In this document: one piece after another, positions 39,395 to 48,343 of the stretch
Layout of the letters: each line of letters opens with the position of its first letter
How positions within the stretch are numbered: the first letter of the stretch is position 1
Source of the DNA: Patescibacteria group bacterium
GTDB lineage: Bacteria; Patescibacteriota; Gracilibacteria; UM-FILTER-43-11
Length of the DNA stretch: 64,000 bases
Direction of reading: 5' to 3'
Assembly (NCBI GenBank): GCA_018813295.1
Contig: JAHJBZ010000066.1
Coordinates: 11,231-75,230 of the forward strand
Made by a program: the position numbers and the translations under genes
The notes under the pieces: generated by a model
The model's database searches: none
Told to the model about the DNA's origin: nothing
What the model saw: the letters and a program-made list of their open reading frames with translations, nothing else

Positions 39395-40579
39395 TTAAGA
39401 CTTTTTTCCCGCTTCCAATTCCTCCATTACATATTCTGTCACCTCATCAGCAATCTTTCCTTTAATATAACCATAAGCTTTTAGATCTATCTTAACCGCA
39501 GCAAGCTGAATAGCAGGAGATGGATTATCAATCAATTCAATTAAAAGTGGATTTTGTTTAAGTGCTTCTAATACAACCCTTTCATCTGACTCCATACCCA
39601 TTGCAAGAATATGCCTAAGTGCACCCACATCATTAGAAACAGCAGCAAACTGATTTAATGCATCTGCATCTCGGAAATGTTTAATTAATGATCCATTTTT
39701 ACCAAGCAGCTCATATAGCTCTACCGGTGACAATGAAAAATTATTGATAAGAGGAATTGCATCTAAGTTTTTTTCAAGCGCTTTAGCTTGGACATCTTTT
39801 GATGGATTTTCAATAAGCTCAACCAATCTCCAATCCTTCTCAACCGCAAAAAGTTGAACTGATTGCTCTGGGGTGATTCCGGCCTCAAGAATAACTCTGA
39901 ACATTTGAGGATTCTTCTCAACTGCAAGGAGTTGAACCGCTGTTGACGGAGTTACTACGGAACTAACAAGAGTTTCAAATGCCGCTATATCCTTCTTAAC
40001 TAATGCAATTTGAACTGGTTCTTCTGGAATTATTCCGACACCAACAATAGCCTCAAATGCCTCCACACCATGCTGTTCAACTGCAGCTTTTTGAGCTTTT
40101 TCTGATGGGATAATCTCCATTGCAATAATACGCCTAAGCGCTTCCAATCCACTTTCCTGGTTAGAGGAAAGGCTAACGGCAACAACTTGCAAATCTTCGT
40201 CTTGGGCTAAATCACCAGCATATTTAATCGCCCTTCCATCTTGCCCAACTGCTTCACGTATACGTTTCTCCGATGGAGTTATTCCCATTCTAATGATTTG
40301 ACCAAGAAAAGCTCCATTTGCCTCAATCACAGCATCTTGACCTGCCTCCGATATATTCTGCATACTTTTTACAATTCTACCCCTACTTAATTCAATAAGT
40401 TCAATCATTCTGTCGTCAGGTACTTCTACACCTGTAGCCAGTACATTTTTCAGTGCAGTACGATCCGCAGCCGGAGCTGACTGCTCTGGTTGACCTGATC
40501 TAGCTGCCTGACCTGATTGATCCTGCTTATTGTCACCATCTTCTGCTTGTGGTCTTGTTACTGTTCTTTTTATAGCCAT
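39395..40579 (-). CDS. Repeat protein (DUF4116-like PSxxVQLxAVxxN repeats)
   Basis: Repeats PSEKAQKAAV, PEEPVQIALV, PSTAVQLLAV, PEQSVQLFAV, PSPAIQLAAV. Confidence 0.7.
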   Translation of the reverse strand: MAIKRTVTRPQAEDGDNKQDQSGQAARSGQPEQSAPAADRTALKNVLATGVEVPDDRMIELIELSRGRIVKSMQNISEAGQDAVIEANGAFLGQIIRMGITPSEKRIREAVGQDGRAIKYAGDLAQDEDLQVVAVSLSSNQESGLEALRRIIAMEIIPSEKAQKAAVEQHGVEAFEAIVGVGIIPEEPVQIALVKKDIAAFETLVSSVVTPSTAVQLLAVEKNPQMFRVILEAGITPEQSVQLFAVEKDWRLVELIENPSKDVQAKALEKNLDAIPLINNFSLSPVELYELLGKNGSLIKHFRDADALNQFAAVSNDVGALRHILAMGMESDERVVLEALKQNPLLIELIDNPSPAIQLAAVKIDLKAYGYIKGKIADEVTEYVMEELEAGKKS

Positions 40580-40854
40580 TTTCTTAAAAATTAATAATTA
40601 AATGTCTTCTTGCTGTGAATTGGCAAGAAAAAGACATCCTGCCAAACGTGGAGGGTATTTTATTACATATTTTTAACCTTGTCAACCCTATTTTAAACAA
40701 TTTTAATTAAATTTGTTAAATCCCCTTTTTCCCGCTAAACTATCTACCAGACGCATAATAAGATTATTTCGACTATTAAGACTATTACGACTATTAGGAA
40801 ATCCTAAAAGTCCTAAAAGTCGTAAAATTCTTAAAAGTCCTAACTAAAATACCA

Positions 40855-42768
40855 ATGGAAATTCCTAAAATAGGACAACCCCTAAATGACGAACAAATCA
40901 ATTTTTTAAATGTGCTAACAAAAAGCTGCCGTAATGCAATAGTGGCAATGGTTGCAAATGCGCAGTCCGGCCACCCCGGCGGCGCCTGCTCATCAATTGA
41001 TTATCTTGCAACAATTTATGCATTCATTATCAGCCAGACGGGTGAGGATGTAGTTGTAAGCAATGGCCACGTTTCCGCAGCTGTATACAGCATTTTGGCG
41101 GAAATGGGATATATTCCAAGAGAAGAAGTGATTCAGGATTTTAGAAAAGTAGGAAAAATTTACGAAGGGCATATTACAAGACATGTAAGGGGTGTGAATT
41201 ACGGAACAGGCCCGCTGGGGGTTGGTGTTTCTGTAGCAACCGGTTTTGCAATTGCAGAAAAGCTAAAAAAGACCGATCGCCGGGTTTTTGCAATGGCCGG
41301 AGACGGCGAATGTGATGAAGGGCAGGTTTACGAAATGATGCACTTTGCAAATAAGTATAAATTAGACAATTACACCTTATTTATTGATTATAATGCGGTT
41401 CAGCTTACAGATAGTTTAGATAAAACTATGCCAATTAATCTGAAGGAAATTTTTGAATCAGCAAATTGGAACGTTTTGGAATGTGATGGACATAATTTTA
41501 GTGAAATTTGGGATGCTGTTGGAAAAAGTTATGAGTCAGATAAGCCGACAATGATTCTCGGCCATACAATTATGGGTAAAGGGGTTACTTTTATGGAACC
41601 GGACGGAGCTGATCACAAATCCACTTGGCATGGCATACCTCCAAAACCAGAACAAGCGGAAAGTGAACTTGCAGGCCCACTTAAAATGACAGATGAAGAA
41701 GTAAGTTTGTTAAATGAATTCAGAAAACAGGTTAAATGGGAACCGCCTAAAAACCATGAAATTGAAAACCTCACTCCCATCCCCGGATTTAAAATAGGAG
41801 AGCCAAATATAATCGAACCAGGTGAAAAAGTAGACTGTCGTGGAGCCTACGGAAAGGCGCTTTTAGACCTTGCAAAACTAAATGACAATGTTGTTGCTAT
41901 GACAGCAGACCTGGGAGGATCTGTAAAAACAACAGTTATGGGCAAGGAGTTCCCGGAAAGAGTATTTGAAGTAGGAATTGCAGAGCAACACATGGTTAGC
42001 TTTGCTGGAGGATTAAGTTTGCGAAATATGATTCCATTCGCATCAACTTTTGGTGTGTTTATGACAAGCAGGGCAAAAGATCAGGCTAGACTGAATGATA
42101 TAAATGAAACAAATGTAAAAATGGTATCCACACATTGTGGACTTTCCGTAGGAGAAGATGGGCCAACTCACCAAACGGTGGATGATATGGGCTCTTTTTC
42201 TGGCTTCTTTAACACAGATATATTAGAACCAGCAGATGCGAATCAAACTGACCATATCATTAGATTTATAGCCGCACATTATGGAAATTTTTATGTACGC
42301 ATGGGGCGACATAAGTTCGAAGTGCTCACAAAGGAAGATGGAACACCTTTTTATGATGACAAATACAAATTCGAACTTGGGAAGGCGGATGTAATCAGGA
42401 AAGGTGATCAGGTTACAGTTGTTGCTGTAGGATCAATGGTGAACATTGCATTAGATGTAGCGGAAAAATTGAAAGGGGAAATCTCGGTTGAACTTATTGC
42501 AATGAGCTCATTTAGCAAAATTGATATAGATACACTGGTTACATCACTCGAAAAAACCGGAAAAATTATAACAATAGAAGATCATAATCCTAAATCTGGA
42601 TGGGCTAATCAAATTAACAGTGTAATAGCTCAGGAAGGGCTTTCTGTAATTATCAACAATCTTGCGGTACGAAAGTATCAGCTCTCCGGCAAACCACTAG
42701 AGCTTTACGATCAGGCTGGAATCGGCCAATCAGATTTAGAAAAAGCAATCCTTGCAATTACTTCTTAA
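40855..42768 (+). CDS. tkt: Transketolase
   Basis: SGHPGG, SNGH, TGPLG.G, GDGE..EG, WHG, GIAEQ, GEDGPTHQ. Confidence 0.95.
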   Translation: MEIPKIGQPLNDEQINFLNVLTKSCRNAIVAMVANAQSGHPGGACSSIDYLATIYAFIISQTGEDVVVSNGHVSAAVYSILAEMGYIPREEVIQDFRKVGKIYEGHITRHVRGVNYGTGPLGVGVSVATGFAIAEKLKKTDRRVFAMAGDGECDEGQVYEMMHFANKYKLDNYTLFIDYNAVQLTDSLDKTMPINLKEIFESANWNVLECDGHNFSEIWDAVGKSYESDKPTMILGHTIMGKGVTFMEPDGADHKSTWHGIPPKPEQAESELAGPLKMTDEEVSLLNEFRKQVKWEPPKNHEIENLTPIPGFKIGEPNIIEPGEKVDCRGAYGKALLDLAKLNDNVVAMTADLGGSVKTTVMGKEFPERVFEVGIAEQHMVSFAGGLSLRNMIPFASTFGVFMTSRAKDQARLNDINETNVKMVSTHCGLSVGEDGPTHQTVDDMGSFSGFFNTDILEPADANQTDHIIRFIAAHYGNFYVRMGRHKFEVLTKEDGTPFYDDKYKFELGKADVIRKGDQVTVVAVGSMVNIALDVAEKLKGEISVELIAMSSFSKIDIDTLVTSLEKTGKIITIEDHNPKSGWANQINSVIAQEGLSVIINNLAVRKYQLSGKPLELYDQAGIGQSDLEKAILAITS

Positions 42769-42807
42769 TCCATACGATCCTCTATTCGATCTTCAATTCG
42801 ATCCTCA

Positions 42808-43470
42808 ATGCGAAATATTATGAAAAAACAAATAATCCCAAAAAGAATCGACGTAAGACATTTTAGAGTAGCAATTTTTGGGTCTGCCCGAATCAAACGT
42901 AATGATCCACGTTACAAACTAATACACACTCTAGCTAAAATGATTGCCAGAGATGGAATAGATGTGGTAACTGGCGGTGGCTACGGATTAATGGAAGCAG
43001 CAAATAAAGGGCATAGGGAAGGGCAAAAAAGGGGTGGAAAAGTTCAATCATTTGGCTTAAATATTAAACTGCCAAAAGAGCAAAAAGCCAATAAGCATTT
43101 GGACATTAAAAAAGAATTTGGGCGCTTCTCAGACCGCTTGGATTATTTTATGCACCTTTCAAATGCAGTAGTAGTTGCACCTGGAGGAATAGGCACACTA
43201 CTGGAATTCCTGTATACCTGGCAGCTTATTCAGGTTGGGCATATTTGCAATATCCCGATCATTCTTTTGGGCAAAATGTGGCCGGATTTCATTAAGTGGA
43301 TAGAAAAATGGCCACTAAAGAAGAAACTAATTGATATTGAGGACATGCATCCTATTTTTCTAGCTGATAATTGTAAAGAAGCGATAAAAATCATTAGAAA
43401 GGCGCATAAAGACTTTATAGACCGCGGACCGGATTATTGCTGGAATTACAAAAAATATAAAATTGATTAA
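42808..43470 (+). CDS. LOG family protein
   Basis: AIFGSAR, TGGG.GLMEAAN, PGGIGTL.E; start may be ATG 42820. Confidence 0.92.
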   Translation: MRNIMKKQIIPKRIDVRHFRVAIFGSARIKRNDPRYKLIHTLAKMIARDGIDVVTGGGYGLMEAANKGHREGQKRGGKVQSFGLNIKLPKEQKANKHLDIKKEFGRFSDRLDYFMHLSNAVVVAPGGIGTLLEFLYTWQLIQVGHICNIPIILLGKMWPDFIKWIEKWPLKKKLIDIEDMHPIFLADNCKEAIKIIRKAHKDFIDRGPDYCWNYKKYKID

Positions 43471-43497
43471 CATATTAGCACCTAAACAACTAAAACT

Positions 43498-43818
43498 ATG
43501 CTTGATAAAGTCCACAAAGAATACCACGAAGGAAAATTAAGTTTTCGTGATTATCTATCAGCCCATCGCACTATTTTAGCCAACGATCGTACGTGGCTTG
43601 GTAATATTCGCACTTCTTTAACCTTCTTTGTTGCTGGTGTCTCTTTTATACAATTTTTCGGCTCATCAATCGTACAGGTTATTGGTTGGATTTTCGTGCC
43701 ATTAGGCATAATAAATTTACTTATTGGACTTTGGCAATATCGCAAAAGGAAAAATATGTTTCAGCTCATTGAAGAAAGTGATGAAATAGTGAAAGAGTAT
43801 TTTGATAATCAAAAATAA
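43498..43818 (+). CDS. DUF202 (YidH-like) membrane protein
   Basis: RDYLSAHRTILANDRTWL..IRT motif and two TM helices. Confidence 0.85.
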   Translation: MLDKVHKEYHEGKLSFRDYLSAHRTILANDRTWLGNIRTSLTFFVAGVSFIQFFGSSIVQVIGWIFVPLGIINLLIGLWQYRKRKNMFQLIEESDEIVKEYFDNQK

Positions 43819-44138
43819 TGACAGACGAGGGATATAAAAAGATTTTTGTCGGATTATCTGCATTAGCTATTACTTTATTTGGCATTATTGTGACAAGCTT
43901 ATTTTTTGATGTAGAATTTGATGAAAAAAACCTTTGGATAGGAGGAATAATTGTTTTCCTTTCGGTTTTTCTTTTTTATACAACACCAATTTACGGGAAA
44001 ATCATCACGCTTATCGTCTCAATTGGTGCAATTTCCTACTTTTTATCTCAAACAACCGGCTTAGCTATTCATTGGAGTCTAGGGATAGCGCTTAGTTTTA
44101 TGGGAATAGTCAGCTTCGGCCTAATGGTTTTGGAATAA
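43818..44138 (+). CDS. Small hydrophobic membrane protein
   Basis: Four hydrophobic segments; TAATG overlap with the upstream gene. Confidence 0.7.
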   Translation: MTDEGYKKIFVGLSALAITLFGIIVTSLFFDVEFDEKNLWIGGIIVFLSVFLFYTTPIYGKIITLIVSIGAISYFLSQTTGLAIHWSLGIALSFMGIVSFGLMVLE

Positions 44139-44283
44139 TTGTCTGAACTGTGATTTATGTGATTGAAATGATTTTTTTGATTTGTATTTTCGTAGAGACG
44201 CATTGCAATGCGTCTCTACGAATGTTTTATATATAAAAATCATATCCATCACTGTAATCATGAGAAATCACAGTTCAGACAAT
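44138..44283. mobile_element. Empty TIR element (MITE-like) with a central GTAG-type REP palindrome
   Basis: 19-bp perfect TIR ATTGTCTGAACTGTGATTT; TGATT at 9-bp period; 34-bp perfect palindrome TTCGTAGAGACGCATTGCAATGCGTCTCTACGAA at 44189-44222. Confidence 0.8.
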
Positions 44284-44322
44284 AAACAAAAAACCCCCGT
44301 ATCAATGATACGAGGGGCTTTT
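44284..44322 (-). terminator. Intrinsic terminator of the candidate ncRNA
   Basis: Minus strand CCCC(T)CGTATCA-T-TGATACGGGGG followed by TTTTTTG. Confidence 0.8.
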
Positions 44323-44790
44323 GTCTGGCTCCGATAGAGTGTGAATCGTACGACACATTTACAACGTATCGAGAATCACTCAGAACCAAACAATTTTAGG
44401 TGACTAGCCAAAAATGAAATCCAGACTGCACTTTGGTTTTTGTTTTCGTCCGTCCAAGACGTGTTCTTGGGCGTTATCTTTTTATTTTTATTTTTGGTAA
44501 AATAGACAACAGAACATAAGGGGGTTAAGCTCTCGCTAGTCAGGCAGAGCTACATCGTAAAGCCTAGAGAGGATTAGGCGAGAAGTGAAAAAAGTTTTAT
44601 TTTTATTTTTGTTTTTTACTTCTTACCTACGTAATCTTCTCAGGGCTTTACCTATTGGTAAGTTTATAATGTAAAGGATCAAGGGAGAGTAACTATCCTG
44701 GGCCTGACCGGATCTTTTATTATGATTTTTGTCCGCGGCCCAGAATGTTAATTTTTGTGATTTTTGTTTCGTTTCCGAAGCGGTGAAATC
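44285..44790 (-). ncRNA. Candidate ~500-nt structured non-coding RNA, family not recognised
   Basis: Own promoter, series of long hairpins with A-rich loops, terminal terminator, no sizeable ORF. Confidence 0.7.
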
Positions 44791-44795
44791 AAAGC

Positions 44796-44823
44796 ATTAT
44801 ATCAAGTAGAAAAATATATGCAA
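44796..44823 (-). promoter_or_regulatory. Sigma70 promoter with extended -10
   Basis: Minus strand TTGCAT-16 nt-TATAAT, with TG one base upstream of the -10. Confidence 0.75.
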
Positions 44824-44994
44824 GTTTTTTATATTTACAAAAATATAATTTCATTTTAAAAAAACATATACCCAAAACAGGAATGGCTTTAATAAGGCAC
44901 ATAATTTTTCAATTCAGATTTTCCAATTTTCATTAAAATGATCAAATACTAATCAAGTGAAAAATGATAAATGAAAAATGAAAAATGAAAATTG

Positions 44995-46185
44995 TTACTG
45001 CGCTTGCTCTTGAAGTTCCTTTAGAATTTCAATCATTTCTTCGTACTCAGCACAACGAAATTGACACCCATTTTCTTCATTAAAATACCATCTTCCAATA
45101 CAATCAGGAAAACCCGGACGCGGACCTATTGAAAGCGGTGTTAGTAGATTATATACACAACATTCGTCTTTTTCCTCACTTGTCTCGAAATCCTCACAAT
45201 ACTCACTTATAGAATCACCTTCACCTTCCCCCTCTCCTCCAAAATACTCCTCTAATTCCTCTTCTGTATAGCAATGAAATACACATAATCTTATTACATT
45301 ATCAAACTGCCATTCGCCAATGCACCCTGTTTCAACACCAACATTCTGCTGTGTGCAACAAGTATTACGCACTTCTTGAGATCCAATGCTGCAATCAGCT
45401 TCTTCATCTTCACCTTCATCTTCCTCTTCCGGTTCTTGTTCCTCTTCTTCCTTTTCGTTCTCACATCGATACTCACATAACCTACTTGAGTTATTAAACA
45501 CCCAATGACCATAACCACTGCAATAAGGAACCTGTACGCCTTCATTTGCTCTTTCACAGCAATAATTTCGAATAGCTTGAGATCCGACACTGCAATCCCC
45601 GCCTGTTTCTTCTTCCTCTTCACCTTCTTCACCTTCCCCCTCCCCCTCTCCTTCACCTTCACCCTCATCTACTTCCTCTGGTTCAAAACCATCCCAATTT
45701 TCCGTATCCCAGACAACCACATCATCCCCACCGCTAATTGATGCCTCTCCACCTCCAAAGCTTATTTCATCTACAGAATTAGTATCAATCAAAAAGGAAT
45801 CATCATTTCCAATTTCATCGCCATTAACTACTATACTCGACCCATTTGATAACTGAATATCGAGCAGAACCCCCTCAGGAACAGTAATTGTACCGCTTAA
45901 ACCCAGCCATTCATCAGATAAACTAAATCTAGCCCCGCCATTATCTGTGCTAAAAAAACGAATTTTACTGATTCCATCCTCATCTCCTTCTATATCAACC
46001 GTAATTTTATCGGTTTTAGCGGTAACAATTTTTAAATTAGATCTATCAACGTTTTCCAAAACAAAAACACCTTCCTGTACTTCAAATGATTGATGAAAGC
46101 CAGCCTGAGTAGTAAAAAGTTTTACATAAGCAGCGCCTAATAAGAGAACAATAATGGCAAGGGCTGCCAGATAATATTTAGTCAT
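44995..46185 (-). CDS. Membrane-anchored surface protein with three 6-Cys modules and acidic linkers
   Basis: N-terminal TM/signal (start MTKYY, 46185), beta-rich domain, three C..CC..C.G.W.F..C...C repeats. Confidence 0.8.
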   Translation of the reverse strand: MTKYYLAALAIIVLLLGAAYVKLFTTQAGFHQSFEVQEGVFVLENVDRSNLKIVTAKTDKITVDIEGDEDGISKIRFFSTDNGGARFSLSDEWLGLSGTITVPEGVLLDIQLSNGSSIVVNGDEIGNDDSFLIDTNSVDEISFGGGEASISGGDDVVVWDTENWDGFEPEEVDEGEGEGEGEGEGEEGEEEEETGGDCSVGSQAIRNYCCERANEGVQVPYCSGYGHWVFNNSSRLCEYRCENEKEEEEQEPEEEDEGEDEEADCSIGSQEVRNTCCTQQNVGVETGCIGEWQFDNVIRLCVFHCYTEEELEEYFGGEGEGEGDSISEYCEDFETSEEKDECCVYNLLTPLSIGPRPGFPDCIGRWYFNEENGCQFRCAEYEEMIEILKELQEQAQ

Positions 46186-46306
46186 AGGATTTTTGTTATT
46201 TTCCAAAAGCATTCTAACATCCCAAACCCGCATTTTTAGCTAAATAAGCATTGATTTTTTATCTAAAATATGATAGAATAATTAGATAATTTAACAAAAT
46301 AAAAAC

Positions 46307-47380
46307 ATGAATCCAAATATCACCAAAATTTTTGACCTGGCCGTTAACCGTAATGCTTCTGATATTCACTTTCAGACAGGTAAAAAACCTGTAATCAGAA
46401 TTAACGGAAAACTGTATTTAGTGGACGACGCGGAAATATTCCAGTTAATGGAAAATACTCCGGAATTCCAGGAGCTTATAAACAAAGAACAACAAAAGTA
46501 TTTTGTCGAAAACGGAAACGTTGATTTTGCTTTCACATATGACAACGACTATCGCTTTAGAGGTAATGTGTATAGACAGCAAAACGGACTTTCTCTGAGC
46601 CTTCGCATTATACGAAATAGAATTCTTAGCTTTGAACAACTTAACTTGCCCCCAATATTTAAAGACATTGCGGAGAATTATCGCCAAGGCTTCTTTTTGG
46701 TTGTCGGGCCAACAGGACAGGGGAAAACAACAAGCATGGCAGCCATCTTGAGTCATATCAATAAGCATAGAGAAGAGCATATTGTTACTATTGAAGACCC
46801 GATTGAATATATAATTCAAAATGAAAAAAGCATAATTGAACAACGAGAAGTTGGACTGCATACTTCGTCTTTTCAAAGTGCCCTAAGGTCTTCTATGAGA
46901 CAGGATCCGGATATTATTATCATTGGGGAAATGAGGGATCAGGAAACTATGCAAGCTGCATTAACACTTGCAGAAACGGGTCATTTAGTTTTCTCAACAA
47001 TGCATACTAACAATGCTCCTCAAACAATCGATAGAATAATTGACGCATTTCCGGAACATAAACAAAAACAAATCCGCATTCAATTGGCCAGCACTCTAAC
47101 CGGTGTGATCTCTCAGCGCTTAATTCCGGGAGTAAAAGATGAATTAGTATATGCATATGAACAATTACTGACTACGGATGCAGTACGCAACATTATTCGA
47201 ACTGAAAAAATTGAACAAATCTACAATGCTCTACAAACCGATGAGGAGAGCGGTTTTATAAGACTTGAAAAATGTCTCGCAGAACTTGTAAAAGAAGAAA
47301 AAATATCTAAAGAAAATGCTTTAGCATTTTCTACAAGCCGAGAACTTGTTGATATGTTTTTAGAACTTCAACCAGCCTAA
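46307..47380 (+). CDS. pilT: Type IV pilus retraction ATPase
   Basis: ASDIH, GPTGQGKTT, TIEDPIE, RQDPD..GEMRD, AETGHLVFSTMHT. Confidence 0.95.
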   Translation: MNPNITKIFDLAVNRNASDIHFQTGKKPVIRINGKLYLVDDAEIFQLMENTPEFQELINKEQQKYFVENGNVDFAFTYDNDYRFRGNVYRQQNGLSLSLRIIRNRILSFEQLNLPPIFKDIAENYRQGFFLVVGPTGQGKTTSMAAILSHINKHREEHIVTIEDPIEYIIQNEKSIIEQREVGLHTSSFQSALRSSMRQDPDIIIIGEMRDQETMQAALTLAETGHLVFSTMHTNNAPQTIDRIIDAFPEHKQKQIRIQLASTLTGVISQRLIPGVKDELVYAYEQLLTTDAVRNIIRTEKIEQIYNALQTDEESGFIRLEKCLAELVKEEKISKENALAFSTSRELVDMFLELQPA

Positions 47381-47490
47381 TACGAATAGTAGCTCGAATA
47401 GTAGCTCAAGTTGTGGCTCGAATGGTGGACCACAATACGAGCAACTATCCGAGCCACAATACGAGCCACCATCCGATAAATTTATAAATT

Positions 47491-48282
47491 ATGGAAAAAG
47501 TACAAACCACATCAAAACAAAAAAACATTCTCTATATCGATGGCGAAAAAGGGATAATACGTAATCTTCAGGACTACCTGGAACAATACGAAATTAAAGG
47601 AAAATACGGATTAAATTTTTCGTTTGCACAAAATGCCCACGAAGCACTAAAAAAGATTACTGAAAAGAAAATTGACTTAATAATTCTTGAGATTGTTTTG
47701 CCTATTATTAATGGATATTACTTAATTAAAACCATTAAAAAAGAAAATATTCCAATAATAGTTTATACAAAACTTAGAGGACCAGAGGACCTGGCAAGGC
47801 TAGCCTCATCAGAAGTTGAAAATATTTTCCTAAAAGACCTGACAAAAATTGAAGACTTAGTCCAGGCATTAATTGGGAAAGATTCTTATAAAACAGACTT
47901 AAATAAAGTCGTTATTGAATTGCAAACTTATATCAAAGGAGTGTTGGGTGAAGAATCTGAATATTCGCTTAAAGTATTACAATGCCCACGGTGTAATAGT
48001 ATCTTGGCCCCTAATTCTCATTTTTGTAACAACTGTGGCCAAAAAGTATTTAAAGAAAAGAAACAAATTGCCCTCAGGGCAAAAAAAGATAAGGAAAAAG
48101 AGGATGCTAAGAAAAAAACTGCTTCGCCTGCCCCAAAACAAGAGGCTGTCGTAGCCGCTGCTGGCGCGTCCAAGGAGGAAGTAGATTTGCCCAAGAAGGA
48201 AGAACCCACTGAAGTAGAGACTAGCCATGGCGCGTCTCAGGAGGAAAAAGTAAAAGAAATAAAAACCATTAAACAAACATAA
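47491..48282 (+). CDS. Atypical receiver domain plus zinc ribbon and low-complexity tail
   Basis: ILYIDGE..DLIILEIVLP..NG (Glu at the phospho-Asp position), CPRC..CNNCG. Confidence 0.75.
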   Translation: MEKVQTTSKQKNILYIDGEKGIIRNLQDYLEQYEIKGKYGLNFSFAQNAHEALKKITEKKIDLIILEIVLPIINGYYLIKTIKKENIPIIVYTKLRGPEDLARLASSEVENIFLKDLTKIEDLVQALIGKDSYKTDLNKVVIELQTYIKGVLGEESEYSLKVLQCPRCNSILAPNSHFCNNCGQKVFKEKKQIALRAKKDKEKEDAKKKTASPAPKQEAVVAAAGASKEEVDLPKKEEPTEVETSHGASQEEKVKEIKTIKQT

Positions 48283-48343
48283 AAACTCCCAACTCCCTAC
48301 GGTATGCATCATATAGTGCATACGCACTCCTAACTAAAATAAA

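Noticed and set aside
44285..44790. tmRNA, RNase P RNA or SRP RNA identity for the candidate ncRNA
   Set aside because: No tRNA-like ends or tag ORF, no GAGGAAAGUCC, and no SRP domain IV motif seen by eye; a formal Rfam search is still needed
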